From NCBI GenBank assembly GCA_963850905.1, contig CAWKMU010000003.1, forward strand, positions 1,024,001 to 1,088,000: a stretch of 64,000 bases of DNA. The letters are read 5' to 3'. The stretch is from an uncultured Gemmatimonadales bacterium (lineage in GTDB: Bacteria; Gemmatimonadota; Gemmatimonadetes; Gemmatimonadales; Gemmatimonadaceae). This document shows, one piece after another, positions 18,730 through 28,455 of the stretch. The notes under the pieces are model-generated. The model saw only the letters and a program-made list of their open reading frames with translations. It was not told the DNA's origin and did not search any database. How positions within the stretch are numbered: the stretch's first letter is position 1; each line of letters begins with the position of its first letter. A program made the translations under genes and the position numbers.

Positions 18730-19242
18730 CTACTTGTCCGCACCGCCCGCGAACGGATGGTGCGCGGTCTTGGCGCCCTGGATGACGGTGTCGACGGTCG
18801 GCAGACGCTTGAGGGCGCGCTCGATCGACTCCTTCGTCGCCCGGTAGTTGTAGTCGAAGATCTTCTTGTCATCCTTGGCGTCCCAATGAATGAACACGCC
18901 GACGCAGATGCAGTAATCCTCGACTTTGTCTCGCGGGATGACGCCACTGGATACCGAGTCCACGACCGCGCGCGCGACCGCGGCTTGAGCCGGTCCGAAC
19001 ATCTGAACGGCTTGTTTGGCGCCCTTGATGGTCACTTTGTTGTACAGGATCGTGTCGGGCTTGGCTGGCAGGTTGGGCGTCACGACGGCGAGGAGCGTGG
19101 TGAAGCCGTCCTTGTTATTCGTCAACGCATTCGCGAACGCTGCGCCCGCATGCCCGCTCTTGGCACCGATGATGAGGTCGATGTGGGCAACTTCATTGCC
19201 GTCGCCGACCAGCGACTCGCCGAGAAAGAAATCCGCTGCCAT
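18730..19242 (-). CDS. fae: Formaldehyde-activating enzyme
   Basis: [50 protein letters not shown] before ATG 19242. Confidence 0.97.
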   Translation of the reverse strand: MAADFFLGESLVGDGNEVAHIDLIIGAKSGHAGAAFANALTNNKDGFTTLLAVVTPNLPAKPDTILYNKVTIKGAKQAVQMFGPAQAAVARAVVDSVSSGVIPRDKVEDYCICVGVFIHWDAKDDKKIFDYNYRATKESIERALKRLPTVDTVIQGAKTAHHPFAGGADK

Positions 19243-19398
19243 GGATCCTGCCTCCGTCCATTTTGGGTGGGGGGACAATCGCAGAGACCGGCGCGGGCGC
19301 GGCACCGGCCCAGCCAAATGAGCAGCCCTCGTGGGGCGCGGACGCACACCCCGCGAGGGCGATCCCGCGACGATCGCGGGTAGCTCGTCGAGTTTGGG

Positions 19399-19426
19399 AG
19401 AATGCCCCCACCTGGTAGGGTGTCAA
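19399..19426 (-). promoter_or_regulatory. Putative sigma70-type promoter of the fae-mtd-fhc operon
   Basis: Minus strand TTGACA (19426-19421), 16 nt spacer, CATTCT (19404-19399). Confidence 0.45.
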
Positions 19427-19565
19427 GGGGCGCCGGCGCCCGGGTGAGCCAATTGGGGTCGAGCGTCCACGCGACCAGCGTGCCAGAGGGTCGCGGCACA
19501 CGCACCCCAGTTACTTTATGGGCGCAGATGCTGCGGTACGGGTCCAGTCCATGGTTAGCTGTCGG

Positions 19566-19600
19566 TCCCTAACCCCTGACCCCTAACCCCTAATCCCCGC
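19566..19600. repeat. Solo heptamer arm (CCCTAAC/CCCTGAC)
   Basis: tccctaacccctgacccctaacccctaatcccc immediately before the M16 peptidase start. Confidence 0.65.
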
Positions 19601-19604
19601 CCTT

Positions 19605-20918
19605 TTGCATCTCCCCGTCGAGACGTTTCGGCTCGCCAACGGCCTCTTCGTCACGGTCTCGGAAGACCACACAGCGCCGATCGTCGCGGTCAACCTTTGG
19701 TATCATGTCGGATCGGCGAATGAACGGGCTGGCCGGACTGGCTTCGCGCATTTGTTCGAGCACATGCTGTTTCAGGGATCAGCCCACGTCCAGGCCAACG
19801 AGCACTTCGAGCTGATCGCGCGAGCGGGTGGGACGCTCAACGGGTCCACGTGGCTCGACCGCACCAACTACTTCGAGACGGTCCCGTCCAACCAGCTTGC
19901 GCTCGCGTTGTGGCTCGAGGCAGATCGAATGGGGCAACTCCTGCCTGCCATGACGCAGCAGAAGCTCGATACCCAGCGCGACGTGGTGAAGAACGAGCGA
20001 CGCTGGTCCGTCGACAATCAGCCGTACGGCACCTGGTGGGAAAAGCTGCCCGAGCTGGCCTTCCCGCCGGACCATCCCTTCCACCACTCGCTGATCGGGT
20101 CGATGGAGGACCTCACAGCCGCGAGTTTGGACGACGTGGTCGCCTTCTTCTCGACCTACTACGCCCCGGACAACGCGGTGCTCTCCCTGGCCGGCGATGT
20201 CGAGGTGGCAGAGGCGCGCCGGTTGGTCGAGTACTATTTCGGTGCGATTCCGCGCGGTGGTGCGCGCCCACCCCTGCCACCCATGGAGGTGCCGCCGCGA
20301 TTTGGCACGTCCCGCCGAGAAGTCGTCGCCGATGACGTCCGGTTGCCGCGGCTGTACCTCGCCTTCCGCATCCCGCCATTCGGCACCGACCTTGGCTACA
20401 CCGCGGGAGTGTGTGCGGCGGTGTTGGGGATGAGACGAGGCAGTCGGCTGCATCGCGCGCTGGTGCGAGAGCGTCAGGTGGCCGCCGAGGCGACGGCGTT
20501 CACGTTCGATCTCGCGAAAGGCAGTGACCTGCTGATCGTCGACGTGACGGCGAGGCCGGGCGTCAGTGCTGAGCGCATCGAGTCCGAAGTTGGGTCCGAG
20601 ATCGATCGGCTGCAGCGCGACGGCGCGACTGCCGCAGAAGTCGAGCGTGCGCTCGCGCTGATCGAGACGGATTTTACCGTCTCACTGCAGTCCGCGTCGG
20701 AGCGAGCTGACAAGTTGTCGCAATTCGCCACATACTTCGGTGATCCCGGTTTGGTCAATACACACGTCGATCGGTACCGTGCCGTGACGCACGAGCGCGT
20801 CTCGGCTTTCGCACGGGAGTGGTTGGGCGCGGACAATCGCGTCAGTCTCGTGTATGTGCCACGAGATCCCGTGCCGGAGGCGGCCGAGCTGGCGGCGACC
20901 GTGGGTGCAGATGCGTGA
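19605..20918 (+). CDS. M16 zinc peptidase, catalytic subunit
   Basis: WYHVGS, GFAHLFEHMLF (HxxEH), LEADRM, VVKNERR. Confidence 0.93.
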   Translation: MHLPVETFRLANGLFVTVSEDHTAPIVAVNLWYHVGSANERAGRTGFAHLFEHMLFQGSAHVQANEHFELIARAGGTLNGSTWLDRTNYFETVPSNQLALALWLEADRMGQLLPAMTQQKLDTQRDVVKNERRWSVDNQPYGTWWEKLPELAFPPDHPFHHSLIGSMEDLTAASLDDVVAFFSTYYAPDNAVLSLAGDVEVAEARRLVEYYFGAIPRGGARPPLPPMEVPPRFGTSRREVVADDVRLPRLYLAFRIPPFGTDLGYTAGVCAAVLGMRRGSRLHRALVRERQVAAEATAFTFDLAKGSDLLIVDVTARPGVSAERIESEVGSEIDRLQRDGATAAEVERALALIETDFTVSLQSASERADKLSQFATYFGDPGLVNTHVDRYRAVTHERVSAFAREWLGADNRVSLVYVPRDPVPEAAELAATVGADA

Positions 20919-22341
20919 GGCGCGGGTCTCGGTGAACGGGTCCAACGTGGCCGGGTCGACCGCGCGTGCCGGGACACTCGAGCGACCCCGCCCCACGCCG
21001 GGAGATCCGCGGCCGTACGCGTTCCCGAGGTTCGAGCGACGGTCGTTGTCCAATGGGTTGCGCCTGGTCGTTGCCCCAGTCGAGAAGCTGCCCGTCGTCA
21101 CACTGCTCGCGACGATCAATGCGGGCGCGGTCGCCGACCCGCCTGGTGAGGAGGGATTGGCGCTACTCACCGCTCGCGCCCTGAGTGAGGGCGCGGGCAA
21201 GCGCGATGGCGCGGCGCTCGCCGACTACGCGGAGCGACTGGGCACCGGCATCGAGTCTCGCGCGGACTGGGATGCCGCGACCGTTCGCCTGACTGTCATG
21301 ACATCGCGCCTGGCCGATGCGGTGTCGCTCTTGGGCGATGTGTTGATGGCACCGCTCCTGCCGACCGACGAGATCGCACGTCTCAAGGGCGAGCGCCTCG
21401 CAGAGCTCCTGCAGATCCGTGCGGAGCCGCGTGGGCTGGCCGACGAGGCGCTGGACCGGGTGGTCTATGCGTCCGACGCGCGGTACGCGCTTCCTGAGGG
21501 TGGCACGGAGAAGTCGGTTGGCAGTCTGTCCCGCGATGCGGTCGCCGCGTTTTACGGGGCGCGCTACCACCCGGCTGCTGTGACCGTTCTGGTCGTGGGG
21601 GATGTCCGCGCCGCCGAGGTCGAACGCCTGGTGGACGCGACGTTCGGGAAGTGGCGAGGCCTGGGTCAGCAGGGAGCCCTCGTGCCCGACCGAAGCCCCC
21701 CGTCGGGCCGCGCGGTGCACATCGTCACCAAGACGGGCTCGCCCCAGTCGGAGCTTCGGCTCGGGCACGTCGGACTCGCACGGACGTCGCCCGATTTCTT
21801 CTCGGTGACGGTGATGAACGCGTTGCTGGGCGGCCTGTTCTCCTCGCGCATCAATCTCAATCTGCGCGAGGCGCACGGATACACGTATGGCGCGCACTCG
21901 GGATACGAGTGGCGCCGCTGGGCCGGGCCGTTCTCCGTGGACGCGGCCGTCGGGCGCGAGGTGACCGCCGCTGCGGTACGCGAGGTGCTGGCTGAGATCG
22001 ATCGAATGCGGGCGGAGACCGTAACGCCAAGCGAGCTGTCGTTGGCGACGAGCTACCTGGATGGGATCTTCCCCATCCGCTACGAGACCACGACAGCGAT
22101 CGCCGCTGCGCTTGCCAATCTCATTGTCTACGATCTGAGCCCGGACTACTACGATAGCTATCGCGCAAACGTGCGTGCGGTGACGGCGGCCGAGGTTCTC
22201 ACGGCGGCGCGTGAGCACATCCATCCCGAGCGACTGCAGCTTGTCGTTGTGGGCGATCCGGCGGCCGTCCGCGGTCCGCTGGAGGAGATCGGATTCGGGC
22301 CGGTGACGGTCTACGATGACCACGGAGATCGAATCACGTGA
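20911..22341 (+). CDS. M16 peptidase, non-catalytic partner subunit
   Basis: LSNGLRL, LGGLFSSRINLNLREAHGYTYG. Lacks HxxEH. Start approximate. Confidence 0.9.
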   Translation: MREARVSVNGSNVAGSTARAGTLERPRPTPGDPRPYAFPRFERRSLSNGLRLVVAPVEKLPVVTLLATINAGAVADPPGEEGLALLTARALSEGAGKRDGAALADYAERLGTGIESRADWDAATVRLTVMTSRLADAVSLLGDVLMAPLLPTDEIARLKGERLAELLQIRAEPRGLADEALDRVVYASDARYALPEGGTEKSVGSLSRDAVAAFYGARYHPAAVTVLVVGDVRAAEVERLVDATFGKWRGLGQQGALVPDRSPPSGRAVHIVTKTGSPQSELRLGHVGLARTSPDFFSVTVMNALLGGLFSSRINLNLREAHGYTYGAHSGYEWRRWAGPFSVDAAVGREVTAAAVREVLAEIDRMRAETVTPSELSLATSYLDGIFPIRYETTTAIAAALANLIVYDLSPDYYDSYRANVRAVTAAEVLTAAREHIHPERLQLVVVGDPAAVRGPLEEIGFGPVTVYDDHGDRIT

Positions 22342-22886
22342 GCAATGCTCGGGTCGGATCACAGCGGATTTATACGGGCCGCATCTTCAACCTCGATCTC
22401 GACCAGGTCCGATTCCCCGACGGCTCCGTCGGCGAGCTCGAGATGATCCGGCACCCCGGAGCGAGTGCCGTCCTGCCCTTTCTGACCGATCCGCGCGGCG
22501 ACGATCCGCAGCTCCTGCTCATCAAGCAGTATCGATATGCGGCAGATGGCTACCTCTACGAGGTACCGGCGGGACGGCTCGAGCCGGGAGAGCTGCCCAT
22601 TGCCTGCGCCCGGCGCGAGTTGCGAGAGGAGACCGGATGCGAGGCCGAGGTTCTGGCGCCGCTCACGACGCTGTACACGACCCCGGGATTCACCGATGAG
22701 CTCATTCATCTCTTCATCGCTACCGGCGTGACGCGTGGTCAGGCGGCGACCGAGGCGGACGAATTCCTGACGGTCGAACCGACGTCCCTCGCGCGCGCCC
22801 TGGAGCTGGTGCGGCAGGGAGAGATCCGCGACGCCAAGACCGTCGTGTCTCTGCTGTACGCAGCGGGTTTCGTGGCCGGGCGCTGA
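22338..22886 (+). CDS. NUDIX hydrolase (ADP-ribose pyrophosphatase-like)
   Basis: Nudix box PAGRLEPGE...ARRELREETG, plus QYRY and DAKT. Confidence 0.92.
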   Translation: MSNARVGSQRIYTGRIFNLDLDQVRFPDGSVGELEMIRHPGASAVLPFLTDPRGDDPQLLLIKQYRYAADGYLYEVPAGRLEPGELPIACARRELREETGCEAEVLAPLTTLYTTPGFTDELIHLFIATGVTRGQAATEADEFLTVEPTSLARALELVRQGEIRDAKTVVSLLYAAGFVAGR

Positions 22887-22896
22887 CACGACACGC

Positions 22897-23889
22897 TTGC
22901 GCGTCCTGGTTCTCGGCAGTCACCGGACCGAGCGTATCGAGCGAGGCGTCGAGCGCGCATTCCGACGAGCCGGCCACCGCACACTGCTGATCGACGACCG
23001 TCGACTCCGTCGCAACATTGGCGTCACGCTCACGCAGAAGTGGGTGCTCGCCGCGACGCGACGATTCCGTCCCGATTTCATCTTCTTCAGCAAGGCGCTC
23101 GGGCTGACGATGGAGACGGTGGCGGCGCTCGTACGGGACCGACCGAGCGCCCTCTGGTATCAGGACCCGCAATGGTATCGCGACGAGCATTTGGCGGACA
23201 TCTCGCACACCATCAGCGTGGGCCGGCAGGTCGGAACATTCTTCGTCACCGGGTTTGAGCGCCAATGGCGTGCGATGGGGCTGAATGCAAAGCTCCTCCC
23301 GTCAGCGGCGGACCGCGACATCCGATCGGTGCGACCAGAATCACGTTTCGGTGCAGACATCGCGTTCATCGGGACTGGACCAGGCATTCGGCACGGAGGC
23401 GCCGGATTTGCCCCGGAGCGCGCCGAGTTTCTCGTCACGCTCGCCGATGCCCTCGGGTCGTCGGTGCGCGTTCGTGTCTGGGGTGGTGGGTGGCAGGGCT
23501 ACCGAGGCCGCCTTGACTGGGGCGGCCGGCCAGTCTTCGGTCGCGACCTCTCACGGGTGTGCTCTTCGAGCGGCGTCGTGCTCGGGATCAATCCTGCGCG
23601 CGCGGAGGGCGCGACGTACTACACGTCGGATCGGATCTGGATGATGATGTTGGGCGGCGGGTTTTACCTGGGTCGCCGCTCGCCGGGTTTGGATCAACTG
23701 TTGGAGGACGGACGACACTGCGCCTGGTATGAGAATGCAGAGGAGTGCGCCGCGAGAGCCCGGTTTTACCTCGCGCATGACGCGGAGCGCGAACGCGTCC
23801 GTGCATCCGGCGAAGTCCGCGTGCGCGAGTATCACACGTTTGATCAGCGGGTCGGGTATCTGTTGTCGGGCGAAGAGTGGAGCCCGTGA
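22897..23889 (+). CDS. Glycosyltransferase (CgeB-like, GT-B)
   Basis: DIAFIG, VWGGGW, SDRIW...GGFYL, HTFDQRV. Confidence 0.8.
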   Translation: MRVLVLGSHRTERIERGVERAFRRAGHRTLLIDDRRLRRNIGVTLTQKWVLAATRRFRPDFIFFSKALGLTMETVAALVRDRPSALWYQDPQWYRDEHLADISHTISVGRQVGTFFVTGFERQWRAMGLNAKLLPSAADRDIRSVRPESRFGADIAFIGTGPGIRHGGAGFAPERAEFLVTLADALGSSVRVRVWGGGWQGYRGRLDWGGRPVFGRDLSRVCSSSGVVLGINPARAEGATYYTSDRIWMMMLGGGFYLGRRSPGLDQLLEDGRHCAWYENAEECAARARFYLAHDAERERVRASGEVRVREYHTFDQRVGYLLSGEEWSP

Positions 23890-23919
23890 TTGGTCAAAAG
23901 ACGACGACCTGCGACAATC

Positions 23920-24118
23920 GGGCGGACTGAAGCCCGCCCCTACATGTCAGTATGGACGGTGACTCTCCGGAGCGCCGCGGCGACGATTGCAGTGCCGGTC
24001 GGCGAATCCGGATTTGACGCTGCCCGCAGCAACATGTAGGGGCGGCCTTCAGGCCGCCCGGTGGTTGTTCGTCGCCGTGGTTGGTCCGTCACCCATCACC
24101 CGTCACCCGTCACCCGGC
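23920..24118. repeat. Inverted REP doublet (23920-24061) followed by a TCACCCG heptamer arm
   Basis: Closely similar to 6554-6741, including the internal spacer (gtgactctccggagcg...gaatccggatttgacgctgcccgcagcaacatg). Confidence 0.88.
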
Positions 24119-25202
24119 CCTTCAGCACTCTCTCGTACACTTCCGCCGTCCGCTCCGCCGTGCGTGCGATGCTGAACGTTTCCGCCCTGGCGCGGGCCGC
24201 CATAGCGTAGTCGGCTCGGCGCGTCGGGTCGGTGCGCACCTCGTTCAGAAGTGAGCCGATCGCATCGCCAAGGGCGCGGCTGTCACCAACGGGTGTGAGG
24301 CGCCCACAGTCCGCTGTGACGATCTCCGGGATGCCGCCGGCCGTGGTAGCTGCGATCGGCTTGCCAAGCGAGAGAGCGTCCAGCAGGACCGTCCCAAGCC
24401 CCTCCTCGCGCGAGCTCAGTGCGACGATGTCGGCGGCGGCGAGGAGCGCATCTGCGTCGGTCCGGTACCCTGTCAGGTGCAACGAGCCGGCGAGCCCAAG
24501 CCGGTCAATCGCGGCGTGTGCTGCGTCGCGCAGCGGGCCGTCCCCGACGAGGAGCGCCTGGATGTCGGGTACGCGCGCACGCGCCGCTGCGATCGCGTCG
24601 ACGAACGTGAGTGGGTCCTTGTGGGGCACCAATTGCGCGACTTGCACGACCAGCGGCGCCCCCCTCGGCACGCCAATCGCGGCCAGGACATCATCCGACG
24701 CGCGGTCGACCCGGCGGGCGAGATCGACGCCGCTCGGGATCACCGTGATGCGCGGTCGCGCGATGCCACTGGCAACCATCACCTCCGCGACCGCGCGCGA
24801 GATCGCGATCAGTGCGTCCGCGCGATCGTATTTCCATCGGCTTGCGGCGGTGTAGCCAAGTGGAAAATCCACTCGGCGCGTCACGACGACGCGGACAGCG
24901 GTGCCAATGGTCGCGAGTACCGCGATGGCGACTGCGTGGGCGGTATGGGCGTGTACGACTGCGACTCCATTGCGTCGCACCGCGGATCGAAGCCGCCACG
25001 CGGCGAGCAGGTCGAATTCCCCCGCGGGTCGAAGGGGTATGACCGGGATGCCGCACGCATCAGCGCGTGTCGCCAACGCCTCGCCCGGACGCGCGCCGAT
25101 CACCGATCGATGGCGCGACGGGTCCAGCGCTTGTGCCAACCACAGGACCTGACGTTCCCCGCCTCGCCACCCGCGCTCCGTGTCCACGTGGAGCACGGTC
25201 AT
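24096..25202 (-). CDS. Glycosyltransferase family 4
   Basis: LHVDTERGWRGGERQ, VHAHT, HKDP, SSREEGLGTVLLDA, GGIPE. Start at MTVLHVD. Confidence 0.92.
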   Translation of the reverse strand: MTVLHVDTERGWRGGERQVLWLAQALDPSRHRSVIGARPGEALATRADACGIPVIPLRPAGEFDLLAAWRLRSAVRRNGVAVVHAHTAHAVAIAVLATIGTAVRVVVTRRVDFPLGYTAASRWKYDRADALIAISRAVAEVMVASGIARPRITVIPSGVDLARRVDRASDDVLAAIGVPRGAPLVVQVAQLVPHKDPLTFVDAIAAARARVPDIQALLVGDGPLRDAAHAAIDRLGLAGSLHLTGYRTDADALLAAADIVALSSREEGLGTVLLDALSLGKPIAATTAGGIPEIVTADCGRLTPVGDSRALGDAIGSLLNEVRTDPTRRADYAMAARARAETFSIARTAERTAEVYERVLKGRVTGDG

Positions 25203-25228
25203 CGGGTCTCCGGCTCGCGCTGATTGGC

Positions 25229-26218
25229 TCACAGGTGATGTTGCAGTCGGTCGAAGAAGCGTTGTGCCGCAGCCTCGATCGTCAACGAAGCGAAGTGCGC
25301 CACGGGCGGTGGACCACTGGAGAGCGCGTGCTCGAGCGCCGTCGCGAGGCTGTCGTCGTCGTCGAGCGTGAAGAAATGCGCGGCCGGGCCGAGAAACTCG
25401 CGGTGCGCCGGAATGTCGGAGGCGACGACGGGGACGCCACACATCGCGGCCTCGATACCCGTCAGGCCCAGCCCCTCGAAGCGGCTGGGGCAGACAACGA
25501 CGGAAGCGCGACGGTAGGTGGCGATGAGGTCGGCCGTGGCCAAGCCGCTTCGTATCTGGCATGCAACTCCGAGGCGCTGAGCAAGTGCCTCCAGCTGAGG
25601 TTGCACCGGGCCGCGCCCGATGAGCTCGACGCAAGCCCGCAGCCGGGCGGCCGCACGCAGCACCGCCTCATGGTTCTTGGGCGCGGTCAACCGAGACACC
25701 GACAAGAGGACCGTCGGATGATCCGGCCGCCTCAGAGCGTCTCGCTCCACTCGAAGCGATGGCGTGAACAGGTCGGAGTTGAAGCAGTACGGCACTGGCA
25801 CGGCCGCCACGCCGAATCGCCGCGCGACGTCGGCGGCCGATGCGGAGCTCGGGGTCCAAACGGCTTCGGCGTGTCGCGCGGCATACCGGAGGCGACTATA
25901 GTAGCCGCGGCGAGTTGTGTAGCGGCCCCTGAGGCGCGGGAGACGCAGGAGGTGACCCCGCACCGACAGTACGTAATCGGCCCTCCCTTCGCCAAGCCGA
26001 AACGGGGGTAGGTCCCACACATACGTCAGTAGCGGCACCCGGGTCCGCCGCGCATACCGCCAGGCAGCGCCGGCCAGGTCGTGATTCATGGAGAGGGCGA
26101 CCGCGGCGGGCTCGATGCCAGTCGTCGCGATGTCCAGCCCCATCCGCCGGAGGTGAGGGAGGACGAGTTGCTCGTAGTCGTTTTGTGCGAACCAACGAAC
26201 GCCGTGCGCGCTTGGCAC
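25229..26218 (-). CDS. Glycosyltransferase family 4
   Basis: SVSRLTAPKN, PSRFEGLGLTGIEA, VASDIPAHRE. Start uncertain (GTG 26218 chosen; the ORF extends to 26398). Confidence 0.85.
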   Translation of the reverse strand: MPSAHGVRWFAQNDYEQLVLPHLRRMGLDIATTGIEPAAVALSMNHDLAGAAWRYARRTRVPLLTYVWDLPPFRLGEGRADYVLSVRGHLLRLPRLRGRYTTRRGYYSRLRYAARHAEAVWTPSSASAADVARRFGVAAVPVPYCFNSDLFTPSLRVERDALRRPDHPTVLLSVSRLTAPKNHEAVLRAAARLRACVELIGRGPVQPQLEALAQRLGVACQIRSGLATADLIATYRRASVVVCPSRFEGLGLTGIEAAMCGVPVVASDIPAHREFLGPAAHFFTLDDDDSLATALEHALSSGPPPVAHFASLTIEAAAQRFFDRLQHHL

Positions 26219-26731
26219 GCGACAAACTACCAAAACGACAAGGGCGCAGCGGCCTTGGATGTGTGAAAACACTTGGATCGGCGTCTCAATCCCAGGGAGG
26301 CGCCGCCTCCTGGTGTCAACAAACTCCCTGCCCGTTCGCTCCTTTCTGGGGGCGCAGGGCGGCCACGGGCGCCTGTCAGGGGGCTCGTCCGAGGTCAACC
26401 ATTATCGGAGCACCCCGTGTCATACCTAGTGGGAGCTAGCGGTTGTCGCGTCACGAATGCTTCGTGATTCGACGGGGTCTTTTGCGGCCGGTTCGATGCC
26501 TTGCGACGGCCAGGTGTCTCAGGATGGATAAGCTGAGTGTAGCCGGAAGTAGACATCTCGATGAAGGTTCGGTATATTGTCGGCGTCGGTCAAGCGGCGT
26601 AAGTAGCAGCCGCACAACCACATGTACGCCGCAACGTCACCGCGTTTCCCAAGGCATGCGGCGTGCGAGGTCGTGTGCTCGGACAACGGGTCCGTACGGC
26701 CTGATTACTCGAAGAGGGATACGAGGCGAAC

Positions 26732-27430
26732 ATGGCTGACGTCGCGCTGAAGCGAGCGACTTCCCAGGTACCGCCCACAGAACGCTTTCGTGAGGAGGCT
26801 GCGCCTCGGACTACTACGTCCGGCGGCGGGGCTCATCGGCTACGGGAGTCACTGCGGACGCAAGACGATGCCGGGGTGGTCGAAGCGTTTCTGGGGGGCG
26901 AGGAGCGGGCGTTCGAAGAGTTGGTTGAGCGGTATCAGGTCCGGTTGCTCAACTTCGTGTATCGGACGATCGGCGATCGCGAACGGGCCGAAGATCTGGT
27001 GCAGGAGGTGTTCATCCGGGTGTACCGCCACCTCCATCGGTTCGACCGGTCGAAGAAGTTCTCGACCTGGGTCTATACCATCGCGTCGAACCTGGCCAAG
27101 AACGAGTTGCGGAATCGGTCGCGGAATCCTTTGGTGTTGTTCCAGGCCATCAAGAAGACGTGGGACGACGACGAGCGGCCGGTCCAGTTCGAGGACCACG
27201 GTTCGCGCCCCGACGACTTGTATCGGAAGCGGCACCTGCGCGAGTTGGTCGAGGCCTCGGTCGCGCGCCTGCCGGCGCATCACCGCCAAGTCTTCGTGCT
27301 CCGCGAGCTCGAGGGCAAGTCGTACGAGGAAATCGCCGAGATCACCGCCTGTAACCTCGGCACCGTGAAATCGCGGCTCAATCGGGCACGGACGTCGTTT
27401 GCGGAGATTATTGGGCCGGGGCTGAAGTAA
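26732..27430 (+). CDS. ECF RNA polymerase sigma factor
   Basis: AEDLVQEVF, FSTWVYTIASN, SYEEIAEI...GTVKSRLNRAR. Confidence 0.95.
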   Translation: MADVALKRATSQVPPTERFREEAAPRTTTSGGGAHRLRESLRTQDDAGVVEAFLGGEERAFEELVERYQVRLLNFVYRTIGDRERAEDLVQEVFIRVYRHLHRFDRSKKFSTWVYTIASNLAKNELRNRSRNPLVLFQAIKKTWDDDERPVQFEDHGSRPDDLYRKRHLRELVEASVARLPAHHRQVFVLRELEGKSYEEIAEITACNLGTVKSRLNRARTSFAEIIGPGLK

Positions 27431-27435
27431 GGCCG

Positions 27436-27557
27436 AACTGCGGGTCTGGGGTTTGGGGTTTGGGAAGACAAACTGCGGGGGCTGGTTGCGGCGCGTCGCA
27501 ACCGGCCCTTCGTGTTTGTTCCCCAGACCCCAAACCCTAAACCCCAGACCCGCCGTT
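27436..27557. repeat. Heptamer-arm hairpin element (GGGGTTT/AAACCCC arms)
   Basis: gcgggtctggggtttggggtttgggaagacaaac ... gtttgttccccagaccccaaaccctaaaccccagacccgc. Confidence 0.85.
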
Positions 27558-27652
27558 CAGGCTTCAAGCCAAAGCCCCGCCCGCCCCCTGGAACTAGCCC
27601 TAGCATCCCGTGTATTCTCCCGCGTCACTACCTCAGGTGCTCTGGGCACGCT

Positions 27653-28312
27653 ATGGACTGCAGGACCTTTCGGGAGAACCACGCGCAATTCGTAGACGGG
27701 CTCGTTGCTGACGAGGAGCTCGTAACGATGCAGCGACATGTTGCGGAGTGCATCGCGTGCGCGACCCATGATGCGACGATTCGACGCGCGCTGTTGTTGT
27801 TCCGCAATATGCCGGGCATCGAGCCGTCGGCCGAATTCGCAGGTCGTCTCCAAGTGCGTTTGCGCGCAGAGCGAAGGGAGCAGCGTGCCCGCGCACAGAC
27901 GGCGGGATACGGCGGCCGTGGCGCTCGCACCTTTGCGGTCGCGGGGGCAGGCTTGCTCGCCGCTGGCCTTGCCGTCTTCGCGGTGTTGGGGGTAGGCGGC
28001 CACATGTCGGCGTCGGTGTCGACTCTGTCCGCTGCGCCTATGTTGACGTTCTCGCCAGTGGTGGTTGCCGCGGCCGCGCCCCGTTCGCGGCCCGAGCGCG
28101 TCAGGACGATTGTCGGCGCGGGCGCGGCGACCCTCCTGCGCGATGCTGGCGTGCCTCGTCTCGACCCCAGGGATCCGTGGAGTTCCCTCACCGATCCTGC
28201 GTTCGCCGCCTCCGTCTCAGCTGGCATGCCCGTGTGGCCCGCCGCGGCCCTGGCAGCGCACGCGCCAACCGCGTTGGGGTCTCCGATGAAGCTGACGAAT
28301 TTGGAGAGATAG
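27653..28312 (+). CDS. Zinc-finger (zf-HC2) anti-sigma factor, membrane anchored
   Basis: MDC...HVAECIAC (HxxxCxxC) followed by a TM segment, downstream of the ECF sigma. Confidence 0.85.
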   Translation: MDCRTFRENHAQFVDGLVADEELVTMQRHVAECIACATHDATIRRALLLFRNMPGIEPSAEFAGRLQVRLRAERREQRARAQTAGYGGRGARTFAVAGAGLLAAGLAVFAVLGVGGHMSASVSTLSAAPMLTFSPVVVAAAAPRSRPERVRTIVGAGAATLLRDAGVPRLDPRDPWSSLTDPAFAASVSAGMPVWPAAALAAHAPTALGSPMKLTNLER

Positions 28313-28316
28313 AAAA

Positions 28317-28448
28317 GGACGGACGTTAGACGCTGGACGTTAGACGCTGGACGTTAGACGCTAGCACAAACCTCGAGGGCCAGTCGCGGTGCAAGCGGCT
28401 GGCCCTCGATTTGTTTTCAAGCGTCCAGCGTCTAACGTCCAGCGTCTA
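28317..28448. repeat. Heptamer-arm hairpin element (GACGCTG/GACGTTA arms, conserved core)
   Basis: (gacgtta gacgctg)n ... acaaacctcgagggccagtcgcggtgcaagcggctggccctcgatttgtt ... (cagcgtc taacgtc)n. Confidence 0.9.
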
Positions 28449-28455
28449 CTCCCCT

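Noticed and set aside
28317..28448. Repeats next to the Cas4-like genes as a CRISPR array
   Set aside because: They are tandem 7-mers in inverted arms with no unique spacers, and the same element occurs at many unrelated loci.
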